A stretch of DNA of 64,000 nucleotides, taken from positions 1,347,439 to 1,411,438 of the forward strand of contig NMRA01000015.1 of the NCBI GenBank assembly GCA_002633005.1, written 5' to 3'. The notes beneath the pieces were generated by a model. That model was not told the origin of the DNA, made no database searches, and saw only the letters and a program-made list of their open reading frames with translations. The position numbers and the translations under genes are program-made. Position 1 is the stretch's first letter; every line of letters begins with the position of its first letter. The stretch comes from Phoronis australis. Its lineage: Eukaryota > Animalia > Phoronida. Positions 63,501 to 64,000 of this stretch are shown here, piece by piece.

Positions 63501-63837
63501 TGATACACGGCTTTTCTGGAGCTCCGGTATATAAATGCACCAAATTCCAATTTGTGAAAAAGGTGCAGCTGCAGAAATTTCACTCATGATGGACAATAAA
63601 CGGAGGGATGCTGTACTAGTTCCGAAATGGTTGGTGACAATAAGATCACATTTTCATTGCTAAATGAAATCATCAATACTCAATGCTACAATTCACACTG
63701 CAGTATTTTCATGCCAAATACAATAAACATGCACATACGTTGGAGGTAAGCTGTGAGGTGAGATTGCTGACTTTCTCTTGAGCAGAGTCCAGCTCTCGTC
63801 GCAACTTGCGAATCTCTGCAGCCTGCTTTTCCTCAGG
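54597..63837 (-). CDS. NAV2: Neuron navigator family protein (NAV2/3, unc-53, sickie-like), last 16 exons (about 744 aa); 5' part lies beyond the window
   Basis: Phase-consistent minus-strand exons: 63739-63837 (EIRKLRRELDSAQEKV), 63028-63111 (AHVVSAFEQSLANMT), 62074-62209, 61200-61318 (KKKKKKSW), 60638-60792 (LRSSFSKAF), 60012-60153 (LRDKDSKLTDTRL), 59452-59569, 58852-58910, 58284-58464 (KTKWDALD), 57611-57860 (Walker A GPSGTGKT), 56908-57123 (VVILDNLHH), 56595-56666 (LHHNFR), 55991-56187 (WVLCANHMEPVKG), 55528-55646 (DLWNYSIVPYLLEAVRDG), 55020-55190 (WEDP), 54597-54713 (LNMLMKLQEAA..ESAL*). The symbol denotes the family; the paralog number is nominal in an invertebrate. Confidence 0.93.
61873..62073. 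repeat. About 42-bp tandem repeat (5 units) abutting a NAV donor site
   Basis: Unit CATGTACTGTGTATGT(A/G)TAAATCTTGTTATCCAACACATTGA; the last unit ends in ACATAC|C, the minus-strand donor GTATGT. Confidence 0.9.
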
Positions 63838-64000
63838 CTGAAATTCCAATAACACGTTATTAACACAACACTAGATACATAATAATGAGGTACCAACAGC
63901 ACTGCAAATGGAACACGTCATTAACACGAGAATACATTCATTAAATCTGGCTTAACATCCCCAAGACATCAGATTTATACCATGCTTAGGTGTATTTGAT

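Overview
AT-rich eukaryotic (invertebrate metazoan, probably lophotrochozoan) genomic DNA with spliceosomal genes, so the ORF track is mostly exon fragments and noise. About 1-19.4 kb is transposon debris: a Tc1/mariner end, a Penelope-like GIY-YIG remnant, a TTAA/Kolobok-like element, an internally deleted BEL/Pao LTR element with both LTRs, PBS, PPT and TSD, a decayed C2H2 zinc-finger array, and a 109-N gap. The + strand at 20616-51727 carries a complete 39-coding-exon RNF17/TDRD4 (qin-like) gene (RING, 2 B-boxes, coiled coil, 5 Tudor domains; about 1787 aa by hand splicing) with a GC-AG first coding intron. The - strand at 54597-63837 carries the last 16 exons of a neuron navigator (NAV/unc-53) AAA+ gene, tail-to-tail with RNF17. 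RNF17 introns hold two TTAA-flanked Kolobok-type elements and a hAT MITE. The main unexplained pattern is that about a dozen splice junctions of both genes sit inside or at the edge of local tandem duplications that copy the splice site and exon edge into the intron. Also noted: two exon-containing duplications at single-N joins (probably uncollapsed haplotypes), a hammerhead-ribozyme-like core inside a DNA transposon, a readthrough-like context at the NAV stop, and a possible divergent transcript from the RNF17 promoter. All coordinates were read by hand; no searches were run.
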